Assembly: GCA_946554525.1 (NCBI GenBank)
Contig: CAMNSE010000001.1
Span: 100,471-164,470 of the forward strand
Origin: an uncultured Mycoplasma sp.
GTDB lineage: Bacteria > Bacillota_I > Bacilli_A > RF39 > UBA660
DNA: 64,000 nucleotides
Reading direction: 5' to 3'
The translations under genes and the position numbers were made by a program. The stretch's first letter is position 1. Every line of letters begins with the position of its first letter. The notes under the pieces are model-generated. The model was not told the origin of the DNA and ran no database searches. It saw only the letters and a list, made by a program, of their open reading frames with translations. This document shows, piece after piece, positions 39,970-50,020 of this stretch.

Positions 39970-41238
39970 TTATTTTTTCTTCATTTTTATTACGCAAATT
40001 TCTTTAGTATTAATATTTTTTATGATATTGTTAATATCTGTTAAAGTGATATCTTCATATATTTTCTTCACATCAGTAATAATTTCATCATAATAAATTA
40101 TATAATTTTGAATCATATTATTTACACTTTCAACATCTTCATAATTAAGTATTAACGCCGCTATTGATGAATTTACTTTTCTTTTTAAATCTTCTTCATC
40201 CACATATAAATTTTTTAATTTTTCAAGTATTTTTTTAATAGCTTCATCTAAATATTTACTCTCTATTGTAATGTCTATTACAACATAGTCTTTTAAAATA
40301 AATCGAGATGCAGATAAATACGTAACTAATTCTTGTTGTAGTAAATCTTCCTTGAAATCAGAAGTGTCCCCAAAATTACAATTTAAAATAATATTCATTA
40401 GAATGTTTAACTGTTGATCATTAAAATTTTTAAACTTAATTTTAGGGATTTTCATACCAATTTTAGCTTTTTCAACCTCAACGTTAGCAAGAATTTCTAA
40501 TTCTTTTTTACATACTCCTTTTGGTTCCTTCACTTCTAGCTTAACCGGATTTAGATATTCTGGGATTTCTTTTTTTCCTAAATTTTCATTTGCAATTTTT
40601 TCAATTTCATAAGGATTAACGTTCCCTGTTACAACTAAAAACATGTTTTTAGGATGATAAAATGCATTATAAATTAGTTCTATATCTTTTAATGTTATTT
40701 TCTTAATATCATCAACTTCCCCTGTTATTAAGTTTCGGTATTTTTCTTTATGATACATACATTCATTAAACTTAAAATATAACTCATTATAAGGCATATC
40801 ATGCCCCATGTTAATTTCAGAGGCAATAATGCCCTTTTCTTTTTGAATCATTTCTTTAGTAAAGTAAGGATTAAATACATAGTCTAATAAATTGTTTAAG
40901 TTTTCTTCTATTTTATTAGTTCCCATTACTAAATAACTAGTGTACTTAAAAGTAGTAAAAGCATTAATATCGCTTCCTAGAGGATCAAATAAATCATTAG
41001 CCGTTACATCTTTTTTTACATTAAACTTTATATGTTCCATAAAATGAGCTATTCCATTTGGCACTTTATATCTTTTGCCACTCATTTCAAACTCTGTATT
41101 TAATGAACCATATTTTACATTCAACGATAAATAAAAACTTTTAGCATATTCATTTTTCCATATATATATAGGAAGGCCTTCTTTGGAAATTGTTTTATAA
41201 ATTACTTCATCTAAACCATTTATCTTAATTGTTTCCAT
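39970..41238 (-). CDS. M16 peptidase, YmfH-like
   Basis: GIAHFMEH (HxxEH), NAFT and KEKGIIASE motifs. Confidence 0.9.
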   Translation of the reverse strand: METIKINGLDEVIYKTISKEGLPIYIWKNEYAKSFYLSLNVKYGSLNTEFEMSGKRYKVPNGIAHFMEHIKFNVKKDVTANDLFDPLGSDINAFTTFKYTSYLVMGTNKIEENLNNLLDYVFNPYFTKEMIQKEKGIIASEINMGHDMPYNELYFKFNECMYHKEKYRNLITGEVDDIKKITLKDIELIYNAFYHPKNMFLVVTGNVNPYEIEKIANENLGKKEIPEYLNPVKLEVKEPKGVCKKELEILANVEVEKAKIGMKIPKIKFKNFNDQQLNILMNIILNCNFGDTSDFKEDLLQQELVTYLSASRFILKDYVVIDITIESKYLDEAIKKILEKLKNLYVDEEDLKRKVNSSIAALILNYEDVESVNNMIQNYIIYYDEIITDVKKIYEDITLTDINNIIKNINTKEICVIKMKKK

Positions 41239-42493
41239 TTTCTTCGCCCTCCAAAATAAATAATAAGTTTGGTTTTATTTTTTTTGAAACATGTACAATT
41301 TCTTCTTTGGATATATCTTTTATTAGCTTAATTCTCTCATCAATAAGAGGCAAATTATCTAATACATGAAATACATAATTATTTAAAATACCTGCCGGGC
41401 TATCCAAAGCTAAATTTAGTGAAAAAATAAAATTTTCTTTTGCTGAATTTAGTTCTTTTTCACTAAAACTCCCATTTGCCATTTCTTTCAAAGATTTATT
41501 AATAAGCTTTAAAGCATGGGGCACATCTTTTTTAGCTATTGATGTTTGAATAAGCATTAAGTTATCATACTTCAAATACATGCTTTTTACTACATAACAA
41601 AGAGAATTTTTTTCTCGAAGGTTTTGATATAGCTTATTATTCAAGCCTCCCCCTCCAAGAAGATAGTTATAAAAATACATAGTAGTAATTTTCTCTTTTT
41701 CCGTTAAGTTATCTAAAGAATAAATACCTATTAAATTTGATTCTAAAAATTTAGATTGTTCTTTGATAGTTTTGACTCTTTTGGCACACTCATTTTTTAC
41801 ATATAATTGAATTTCCTTAGTTTTTATAACAGGATTTTTAAAGTGTTTATAAATGATATTAGCAACTTTATCCATATCAAGATTTCCTACAACAAAAATA
41901 TCACATTCATTAGTATTAATTAATTCATCATATCCTTCAGCAAGTTTTTTAGGTGTGATTTGTTCAAGCTCATCTAATGAGCCTAGTACACTTAAGCCAC
42001 TAGGGCTTTTCAAATGACTAAGAGCTTTCCTTAAAGAAACATTACTAATATTTTCATTAACTCCTAGAATTTCATCATGTAATCTATTTTTTACGATATT
42101 AAAATTTTTAATGTCAAATTCTTTTGCTTTTACTAGCGGGTTCATAATCATTTCAAACGGTAGCTTTAATACATTTTCCAAATAGTCTTCATCTGCTACA
42201 TAACTAGGATTTAAAAAGCCTAAGACGAATGAAGTCATCATAACATTTCCCGTTTTATTAGTTAATCCATAAAATGATGCTTGATAATACTCTTCCAATT
42301 TTTTTACTACTTCTTTTCTAGATGGATAAGCTTCAGAGCAATCACTCATTATGTCCGCTAAAAAGGTTTTTAATAAAAGATTGCCCTTTTTTACATCGTC
42401 TTTAAATATTATTTCCATTTGGCATGTTTTAAAGCGATTTGTTTTTACAGTATATATATTAAATGAAGGATATTCATATTTCTTGTATTCCAA
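41225..42493 (-). CDS. M16 peptidase inactive subunit, YmfF-like
   Basis: KTNRFKT, LLGGG..NKLYQNLREKNSLCY; no HxxEH. Confidence 0.85.
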   Translation of the reverse strand: MEYKKYEYPSFNIYTVKTNRFKTCQMEIIFKDDVKKGNLLLKTFLADIMSDCSEAYPSRKEVVKKLEEYYQASFYGLTNKTGNVMMTSFVLGFLNPSYVADEDYLENVLKLPFEMIMNPLVKAKEFDIKNFNIVKNRLHDEILGVNENISNVSLRKALSHLKSPSGLSVLGSLDELEQITPKKLAEGYDELINTNECDIFVVGNLDMDKVANIIYKHFKNPVIKTKEIQLYVKNECAKRVKTIKEQSKFLESNLIGIYSLDNLTEKEKITTMYFYNYLLGGGGLNNKLYQNLREKNSLCYVVKSMYLKYDNLMLIQTSIAKKDVPHALKLINKSLKEMANGSFSEKELNSAKENFIFSLNLALDSPAGILNNYVFHVLDNLPLIDERIKLIKDISKEEIVHVSKKIKPNLLFILEGEENGNN

Positions 42494-42540
42494 TTAAAGT
42501 CACCTCTTCTTTTTTATTATATCACACTTTCAATATTTTA

Positions 42541-42681
42541 TTAATAATTTAAAGCAATACCATGTTCTTCCTCTATAACATTATTTAATTTCTCAAATCT
42601 TGTGCAAACTAGAATCACCCCAAAAAAGATTACTAAATATAAAAAGATAGCACCTCCATAATTAATCAAAATTTTTCTCAT
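42541..42681 (-). CDS. Unannotated 46-aa single-TM protein divergent from lexA (MRKILINYGGAIFLYLVIFFGVILVCTRFEKLNNVIEEEHGIALNY)
   Basis: Translated by hand. AAGGAG RBS 8 nt upstream; SOS boxes lie in its promoter region. Confidence 0.75.
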   Translation of the reverse strand: MRKILINYGGAIFLYLVIFFGVILVCTRFEKLNNVIEEEHGIALNY

Positions 42682-42698
42682 AATATCATCTCCTTACA

Positions 42699-42772
42699 CG
42701 AACATTATATCGCAGTACATGTGTTCGTTTCAAGTCAAAAATCATTTTTTAGAAATAAAATACATTTGTTTG
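42699..42772. promoter_or_regulatory. LexA boxes in the lexA / small-gene divergent region
   Basis: CGAACATTATATCG (42699-42712), AGTACATGTGTTCG (42714-42727) and AATACATTTGTTTG (42759-42772). Confidence 0.7.
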
Positions 42773-42818
42773 ACAATCGTACGTTTTTATGTTATGATGT
42801 TAATGGAGGTAAAAGAAA

Positions 42819-43439
42819 ATGGCAAAGAAAATTACTGAAAAACAAAATAACGTCTTGGATTATATTAAAAAGTATACAGCTATGCATGGATATCCCCCAT
42901 CAATTAGAGAAATTGGGCAGGCTTTGGGATTATCTAGTCCTGCGACTGTTCATACACATGTTAGAAAACTTTGTGATGCAGGATATATAAAAGTTGAAAA
43001 CAATAAATTTAGAGCAATGGAAATTTTAGTCGACAATGAGTATGAAGAGAAAAATGAAGAAATTATAAAGGTTCCACATTTAGGCAAAGTTACAGCAGGA
43101 AGCCCTATTGAAGCAATCGAAAGACCTAATGAATTTTTTGACCTACCAGCTTCATTAATACCTGCAAAAGAAACTATTTTTACTTTAAATGTGAGTGGAG
43201 AATCTATGATTAATGCAGGAATCTATAGTGGAGATATTGTAATTGTTCAAAAGCAAAGTAGTGCTCGTAATGGCGATATTGTTGTTGCCATGACGGATGA
43301 AAATGAAGTAACACTTAAAACTTATTATAAAGAAAATGGACACTTTAGATTACAACCCGAAAATGATACGATGGCACCTATTATTCTTGATAATGTCACC
43401 ATTTTGGGAAAAGCAATTGGTTTATATAGAAAGTTTTAA
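42819..43439 (+). CDS. lexA: SOS repressor LexA
   Basis: GYPPSIREI...LSSPATVH wHTH, VTAG cleavage site, GESM and TLK catalytic dyad. Confidence 0.97.
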   Translation: MAKKITEKQNNVLDYIKKYTAMHGYPPSIREIGQALGLSSPATVHTHVRKLCDAGYIKVENNKFRAMEILVDNEYEEKNEEIIKVPHLGKVTAGSPIEAIERPNEFFDLPASLIPAKETIFTLNVSGESMINAGIYSGDIVIVQKQSSARNGDIVVAMTDENEVTLKTYYKENGHFRLQPENDTMAPIILDNVTILGKAIGLYRKF

Positions 43440-43456
43440 TTTAAAAAACAAGGCAA

Positions 43457-45661
43457 TTAACTTTGTCTTGTTTTTATTTGTCTTATTATTTCTATTATTT
43501 CTTCTTTGGTTTCTAAATAAAATTCTAATCTAAATACATCAATACCCATATTTTGAAATTCTCTTATTTTTTCAATTAAATTTATCTTCTTATGACTCAT
43601 AATATGAGTATATTTATCATGATATAACATGTATTGGTTTTTATTTTTATCTTCTAAAGCAATATTATTTGCATTATCTAATTTCATAGTGTCTGTCATA
43701 TTATACTTCATAATCATATACTCTAAAGAGCCGTAGCCTAAAATTTCTAATTCAATATTCGGATCTACTTTACTAGTTAATTGTCTTAATCTTTCTAATG
43801 TTAACTCTGGGCTTAGAGTTATTCTTTTTACTTTTAAGCTATTTAAGAAATCAATATAATAATGATTTACTATGTTAAGATAATAGTCCGTTACTACATT
43901 ATTATTACTTGTATATATTAGACTTCCAGTCTCTCCAATTAGTAAGTTTTCATTTTGGTATTTAATATGCATACTTATTATTCTATCCAATCTTAAATAT
44001 ACATTATCTTTTTTATATTTTTGATATAAATCTTTATTTGTTACATAAAGATAATCAATATTTAAATCTAATAACGTTTTTATCTGTTCTTCTGTTCTTG
44101 CAAGAGCACTTATTTTTATAGATTTATTATTTCTTTGATATTTTTTTTCGATGTCATTAAATTTCTCAAACTTTTTAGTGTTAATCATTCTTTTTTCAAG
44201 TAGTTCGTCACATAAATTTCTTCTGATTTCATTTAGAGCTCCTATAGGGATAAAAATGTTATCCCCTATATTTACTTCTATATTATTTATAATGAAGGGA
44301 GTATTACCTAATTTGCTAAATATTTGTTTTATTCTATCTTTTGTTAATGGAGCGCATTTAGCGACATTTATGATATCTCCTACATATTTAACAGTATTTC
44401 TATTATCTTTATATTCTACGATTAAGTTTTCTCCAGCATATGCCTGTATTATACAATCTATTTTAATTTTCTTTTCAAGTTTGCTTTTTAATTCTTTACT
44501 TAATGATTTATTAGTTGTCAACATTGCACTTCCCGTTGTTTTTAGATCAACTTTATTATCTAAATAAACAATGTCATCTTTATTCCCATGATTTATAAGT
44601 AACATATCTTTATTATATAAGAAATTTACAATCATCCCCTTATTATTAGGTAATCGTATCCCATCTTCTTGATTTAATCCATGAGATAACTTAACTTTAA
44701 TCTTATCTGGAGTAACTTGAATTACTTGACCAATTTTGGCACCTTGATGATTGGAATGATCTATAGATATTAAATTCTTATCATCCTCATGAAACAAATA
44801 CCCTTTTGTGAATTCTCTATTGTATAAACTTTTTAAATTAAATACTTCTTCTTCGCTTAATTTATAATTATCATTGTCTAAAAGTTTACGATACAAGTGC
44901 GTAACATAGCCAACATATTCAGCGCTTTTCATTCTTCCTTCTATTTTAAAGCTAGTTGCTTTACAACGTTTTAATTCATTAATATATTCAGTTGTATTTA
45001 ATTCTTTTGGACTTAATAAATATTTGTCTTTTATAATCGCTTTATTATTGTTAAGCAAATTAAAAGGTGTACGGCAAATTCCGGCGCATTCTCCTCTATT
45101 TCCACTTCTATTAAGAAGCCCATAAGAAAATAAGCACTGACCAGAATAAGAAATGCACAAAGCTCCATGAATAAATATTTCTATTTCCATATTTGTATCT
45201 AACGAGTTAATTTCATCAATTGATAATTCTCTAGCAAGCACTACTCTTTTTACTCCTAAATCTTCTAATAATTTAATTTGTTCTAAGTTATGCGTATGAG
45301 CTTGCGTAGATGCATGAATAATAAGATTAGGCAAAACGGATCTCACAAGTTTAATAAGCCCAATGTCTTGCACGATAACAGCATCAACGTCAATAGAATA
45401 TAAAAAAGATAAATATTCTATACAGCTATTTATTTCATCCTCATAAATAATTGTATTAACTGTAACATAAATTTTTACATCATAAAGATGAGCATAACGG
45501 ACTGCTTCTTTTAATTCATCATTCGTAAAATTTTTAGCATATTTTCTCGCACCAAAAGCTTTTCCTGCTAAATAAACTGCATTAGCTCCATTATTTACGG
45601 CAGCTTTTAGGCAAGCCATGTCTCCAGCAGGAGCAAGCAATTCTTTTATCATACTAATCAT
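43457..45661 (-). CDS. U32 family protein with DUF3656 domain (RlhA-like)
   Basis: ELLAPAG, HASTQ, HGALCISYSGQC, SGNRGECAGICR and KIEGRMK motifs. Confidence 0.9.
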   Translation of the reverse strand: MISMIKELLAPAGDMACLKAAVNNGANAVYLAGKAFGARKYAKNFTNDELKEAVRYAHLYDVKIYVTVNTIIYEDEINSCIEYLSFLYSIDVDAVIVQDIGLIKLVRSVLPNLIIHASTQAHTHNLEQIKLLEDLGVKRVVLARELSIDEINSLDTNMEIEIFIHGALCISYSGQCLFSYGLLNRSGNRGECAGICRTPFNLLNNNKAIIKDKYLLSPKELNTTEYINELKRCKATSFKIEGRMKSAEYVGYVTHLYRKLLDNDNYKLSEEEVFNLKSLYNREFTKGYLFHEDDKNLISIDHSNHQGAKIGQVIQVTPDKIKVKLSHGLNQEDGIRLPNNKGMIVNFLYNKDMLLINHGNKDDIVYLDNKVDLKTTGSAMLTTNKSLSKELKSKLEKKIKIDCIIQAYAGENLIVEYKDNRNTVKYVGDIINVAKCAPLTKDRIKQIFSKLGNTPFIINNIEVNIGDNIFIPIGALNEIRRNLCDELLEKRMINTKKFEKFNDIEKKYQRNNKSIKISALARTEEQIKTLLDLNIDYLYVTNKDLYQKYKKDNVYLRLDRIISMHIKYQNENLLIGETGSLIYTSNNNVVTDYYLNIVNHYYIDFLNSLKVKRITLSPELTLERLRQLTSKVDPNIELEILGYGSLEYMIMKYNMTDTMKLDNANNIALEDKNKNQYMLYHDKYTHIMSHKKINLIEKIREFQNMGIDVFRLEFYLETKEEIIEIIRQIKTRQS

Positions 45662-45741
45662 TCCTAGCTAGCCTTATTATAGCATTATTTTTAGATTTTT
45701 TAAATTAGTTATTTTTGAAATAGATTAGTAATTTAAAAGAA

Positions 45742-46830
45742 CTAATTATTTATTAGTTCTTTTGCTTCCTCTTTAGTTAATTTATCAACATCAACTTTAT
45801 TAATACTATCAAATCTTTTAGTTATTTTCTCACTTGTAGTATTTAATTCTTCTACACTTTTTGATACGGTGTTAATATTCCTAGCTAGCTTATCCCAACG
45901 TTCTTTATATCTTGAAAATTCAAGTGATAATTTATTTAATTCATCATGGATAACTTTTGCATATTTGTCTCGTTCCATATTCTTTAAAATCATTTCTATA
46001 ACTGTTAGTGTTGACATTAAGGTTGTTGGACTTGTAATCCACACTTTTTTAGAATATGCATAATTTAAGAGATCACTATGATAAGCGTTTACTTCCGCAA
46101 AAATTGCTTCAGCTGGCAAAAACATAATTGCTTCATTAGATGTTTCGCCTGGTATAATATATTTATTACTAATGGCATCAATATGCTTTTTAAAATCAAT
46201 TTTAAACTGTTTTTCATATAATATTCGTTCTTCTTTGCTTAAATTTTTATTAGTCATTCTTTCATAGTTCTCAAGTGGAAATTTAGAATCAATTGCTATT
46301 GTTCCTAAAGGCGAAGGAGCATATAAAAGAGCATCAGCGATAAATCCATTACTCATTTTATGTTGGATATCATAAATTCCAGTATTAGATCCTCCAAAAG
46401 CATTTTCTAAAATAAAGTTTAGATTGACTTCGCCAAATATACCTCTTGTTTTCTTATCTGTTAAAATGCCCTGAAGCGAAATTATATCACTACTAAGCCC
46501 GTCTATTTTCTTTTGAGCTTCATCTATTTTTGATAATCTTTCTAATACATTTGAAAATGTTTTATTGGTCTTCTCTAAATTTTCATCTAATCTTTCTGTT
46601 ACTTTATTGTTCATTTCAAAAAGTTTTCGTTCCATTTTCTCATTCAAACTATCAAAATCTTTTCTTAAATCATTTGTAAAATTAACTTTGAAGTCACCTA
46701 TTTCTTTTACAACTCCAAGTTCTAATTTTCCTAAACGTTCTACTATTTCCGTATTATTATTTTTCTTAAAAATACTCATAATAAGTAAAATAACACATAC
46801 TCCAAGCAATCCTACTATAATATACTCCAT
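45742..46830 (-). CDS. rmuC: DNA recombination protein RmuC
   Basis: KKTRGIFGE, IDSKFPL, MFLPAE and SPTTLM motifs. Confidence 0.92.
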   Translation of the reverse strand: MEYIIVGLLGVCVILLIMSIFKKNNNTEIVERLGKLELGVVKEIGDFKVNFTNDLRKDFDSLNEKMERKLFEMNNKVTERLDENLEKTNKTFSNVLERLSKIDEAQKKIDGLSSDIISLQGILTDKKTRGIFGEVNLNFILENAFGGSNTGIYDIQHKMSNGFIADALLYAPSPLGTIAIDSKFPLENYERMTNKNLSKEERILYEKQFKIDFKKHIDAISNKYIIPGETSNEAIMFLPAEAIFAEVNAYHSDLLNYAYSKKVWITSPTTLMSTLTVIEMILKNMERDKYAKVIHDELNKLSLEFSRYKERWDKLARNINTVSKSVEELNTTSEKITKRFDSINKVDVDKLTKEEAKELINN

Positions 46831-46838
46831 AATAACCT

Positions 46839-47426
46839 CTATTCTATTTTAAATTTTTTACTTACAATTCTCCCTGCCAGATAAGCTATTCCAAGCATAA
46901 TTCCAACTTTTACAATTACTACTGGGCGTTTAAAGCTTTCAACCAAACTACACCCAATATATCCGCAAAAATATACTAAGAATACTTTACCAATCATTAA
47001 AGCCCAAATAAATTTTTTATAACTCATTTTGGACAATCCAGCTAATATATTAACCATAAAGGCAGGAGTTGCCGGAATAGCTATAATAATTGCTAATTGT
47101 TCTAATCTTAAATTATTAATTATATCTATGCTCTTCTTACTTATTATACCATGTTTTTTTAATCTTTTATAGAGCCATGTTTGAACTTTTTTGCGAAATA
47201 AGAAAAATGATATGGAGCAACCTATACACGTAAAAATCCAAGATATAATAAATCCCCAAAAATGGCCAAAAGACAAAAAGTTAAGTGTAATAAAAACAAA
47301 TAAAGGCAGAATTGGAATTATAGACTCTATTACTATAAAAAAGCACCCTAAAATTGGTCCCCATATTCCTAAACTATTAAGTGCAGTTTCTATAAAGTCT
47401 TCAACTAAATTAAACATAAACATCAC
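46839..47426 (-). CDS. TVP38/TMEM64 (DedA/VTT) membrane protein
   Basis: ESIIPILP...FGHFWG and PATP...NILAGLS motifs. Confidence 0.85.
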   Translation of the reverse strand: MMFMFNLVEDFIETALNSLGIWGPILGCFFIVIESIIPILPLFVFITLNFLSFGHFWGFIISWIFTCIGCSISFFLFRKKVQTWLYKRLKKHGIISKKSIDIINNLRLEQLAIIIAIPATPAFMVNILAGLSKMSYKKFIWALMIGKVFLVYFCGYIGCSLVESFKRPVVIVKVGIMLGIAYLAGRIVSKKFKIE

Positions 47427-47497
47427 AATAATATTATAGTATAAAATAATAAATTTTACACCTTTTTTATGGCAAAAGAAAAGGCTCTTTTAAAGCC

Positions 47498-48871
47498 TTA
47501 ATTATTTGTAAGCGTCACTGTTACTTTTGATGATACCACAAAGTTTAATCTTGGATCGCTATTTTCAATTTTAACTTCTACTTCAGGATACTCTCCTACT
47601 TGATAATTTTCCAAATCAATATAAGCTTCAATATTATTTTCATTGATGCTATCAATAACTGATTGTACGCCTTTTACGATAACAGTAATCCCATCTTTTC
47701 CAATAATATTTGGAGTTAACCCCGTTGCTAAATTCTTTGGTTTTACAGAAGTTATTTGAACTTCTTTTTGCTTTTCTTCGCCAAAGGTAACTGTCACGTT
47801 AACATTCTTTTCACTAATGGCCCTAACTCCTACCGGTTTAGAAATTGTTACTGGATAACTCTTTGTACTATTAGCTCCAAGCCCATCAACATTAATAGTT
47901 ACTGGCACATTTGTAATACTATTTAATTGTTCTTGTTCACCATAAATTGTTACATTGTGGCTATTTTGATTATTAATTAGTATAGATGCAATAGCCTTTC
48001 CAGTTACAAGTTGTCCTGTTGTAAGTACATTTATTGGAACTTGTTTAGAATATGAATCTAATGTAATTGTTGCAGAGTGCACGGGATAAATAATTTCAAT
48101 ATTATCTAAAATTCTACCTTTGCTATCATATGCAACTAATATCATACTATCTATTTCATATGTTCCTACATCTTTTAACGAATTATTATTTAAATCAATT
48201 AACGCTTTAACACTAGCGATTTTATCTATAGCATCTTTGCTACCTTTTACTACAGCTTCTGATTTTTTTAACTCAACATTCTTAACACTTAGAGTTTCTT
48301 TTAAGTAACTTTCATTTACCAAATCATAATCTAGTGGCATAGTAACACTGATTTTATCTTTAATTGTTACTGATACATAAGATGGATCTAATTTATAATC
48401 AATTGCATCAATAGATTTTGTATATGATAAATATACTTTATATGCAGAATCTCTAGCTTCATAATCTGATAGATCAAGAATGACACTGTTCGTTCCTAAT
48501 TGTTTTGCTAAATAAATATCACTTTTTCGACCAATTAATACAATGTCTACTGTTTTAGGAACTCCTTCAACTACATATGCTTCTTCATTATATTTTACTT
48601 GAACTGGAATATTTGTCATAACTTCGGCTTCGTTTTCAACTAAAGTAATAACTCTAGAATCAATTAATAAAAACATTACCACTGCAAGAATTAGAGAAAT
48701 ATAAATCATAAAATGAGGCCTATTAAATATATATTCTAATTTTAAATTATGATTTTTTATGTACTCGCTTACGTTAAAAATTAGGCGACTAATTGGAGTA
48801 ACTATAAACTTATCAACTATGCGATAAAAACTTTTAAAGAATTTACCTATGCCTTTTATAATTTTTTTCAT
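47498..48871 (-). CDS. cdaR: CdaR / YbbR-domain protein
   Basis: TM plus repeated YbbR domains, directly downstream of cdaA. Confidence 0.85.
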   Translation of the reverse strand: MKKIIKGIGKFFKSFYRIVDKFIVTPISRLIFNVSEYIKNHNLKLEYIFNRPHFMIYISLILAVVMFLLIDSRVITLVENEAEVMTNIPVQVKYNEEAYVVEGVPKTVDIVLIGRKSDIYLAKQLGTNSVILDLSDYEARDSAYKVYLSYTKSIDAIDYKLDPSYVSVTIKDKISVTMPLDYDLVNESYLKETLSVKNVELKKSEAVVKGSKDAIDKIASVKALIDLNNNSLKDVGTYEIDSMILVAYDSKGRILDNIEIIYPVHSATITLDSYSKQVPINVLTTGQLVTGKAIASILINNQNSHNVTIYGEQEQLNSITNVPVTINVDGLGANSTKSYPVTISKPVGVRAISEKNVNVTVTFGEEKQKEVQITSVKPKNLATGLTPNIIGKDGITVIVKGVQSVIDSINENNIEAYIDLENYQVGEYPEVEVKIENSDPRLNFVVSSKVTVTLTNN

Positions 48872-49686
48872 TATTCTTCACCTGCACTATCTTTGTTCTC
48901 AGCTTCATAGAATACTTCAGGTCTTGGATTTAATAAATCAATTAATAGCATTCTAAATTCATCTAAAGTTAGGTTATAATTTAATTCACCATCACATGCA
49001 ATACTTATGCGACCAGTTTCCTCCGATACAACTAGAGCAATTGCATCTGACTCTTCAGCAATTCCAAGAGCGGCTCTATGCCTAGTACCAAGCCTCTTAG
49101 AAATAGATGGGTTCATACTTGTTTTAAACACTGCTCCAGCAGCTGTTATTCTGTCACCCTCAATTATTACTCCGCCATCATGAAGAGGCCCATTTGGGAA
49201 GAAAACAGTTTCTAGTAAATCACTTGTTAAATCAGCATAAATTTTTGTTGCTGGCTCAATGTATTCTTGCAAAGTTATTTCTCTTTCAATTACAATTAAA
49301 GCACCAATTCTATTTCTTTTAAAATATTCAATTGATTTCATAATTTCATATACTACTTTTTCACGTTCATCAATTGTTAAGATTCTATGTCGTCCAAGTA
49401 ATTGAGTTCTTCCAATTGATTCCAATACGCTTCTTATTTCTGGTTGGAAAATAATTATAATAGCAAGAGGACCCCATTCTACGCAATACTGTAGAATAAC
49501 TCCTACGGTATAAAGATTTAATAAATCACTTAAAAACTTTATTATTAAAATTAATAATACTCCTTTAAATATTAAAACCATTTTAGTATTATTTTTTATA
49601 TTTTTTAATATGAAATAAAAAACTATCCATACAATTCCAATATCAATTATTTTTGTTATGATGGCCCATATATTACTTATTGTCAC
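48871..49686 (-). CDS. cdaA: Diadenylate cyclase CdaA/DacA
   Basis: Three TM helices, FQPEIR, PLHDGG and GTRHRAA motifs. Confidence 0.95.
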   Translation of the reverse strand: MTISNIWAIITKIIDIGIVWIVFYFILKNIKNNTKMVLIFKGVLLILIIKFLSDLLNLYTVGVILQYCVEWGPLAIIIIFQPEIRSVLESIGRTQLLGRHRILTIDEREKVVYEIMKSIEYFKRNRIGALIVIEREITLQEYIEPATKIYADLTSDLLETVFFPNGPLHDGGVIIEGDRITAAGAVFKTSMNPSISKRLGTRHRAALGIAEESDAIALVVSEETGRISIACDGELNYNLTLDEFRMLLIDLLNPRPEVFYEAENKDSAGEE

Positions 49687-49756
49687 AACATCACCTTCCT
49701 ACTTGTTTAATCATTATATCAAAAAAATAGATCTTAATCTATAATTTTAAAGTATT

Positions 49757-50020
49757 TTATTCCTGCGACTTAAAGATTTCTGTTAAATTTGTAATTAGCT
49801 CACTTTCTAACACTTTTCTAACATAAGTATCAAACCCACTTACATATTCCTCTAAAATAATAATTGAATCTGGTATTACTTTTCGACTATTGTCTAGTCT
49901 CATTCCCAAAAAGTATTTTTTACCATCTTTCATTGCTTCTTTCAAAATAATATATTCTTCATTATTTTCTAGAACAATAATATGATTAATTTTAAGCCCC
50001 ATATTAATTTCCTCCGGCAT
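49757..50020 (-). CDS. Hypothetical protein
   Basis: ORF overlapping the end of the upstream coiled-coil gene. Confidence 0.6.
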   Translation of the reverse strand: MPEEINMGLKINHIIVLENNEEYIILKEAMKDGKKYFLGMRLDNSRKVIPDSIIILEEYVSGFDTYVRKVLESELITNLTEIFKSQE

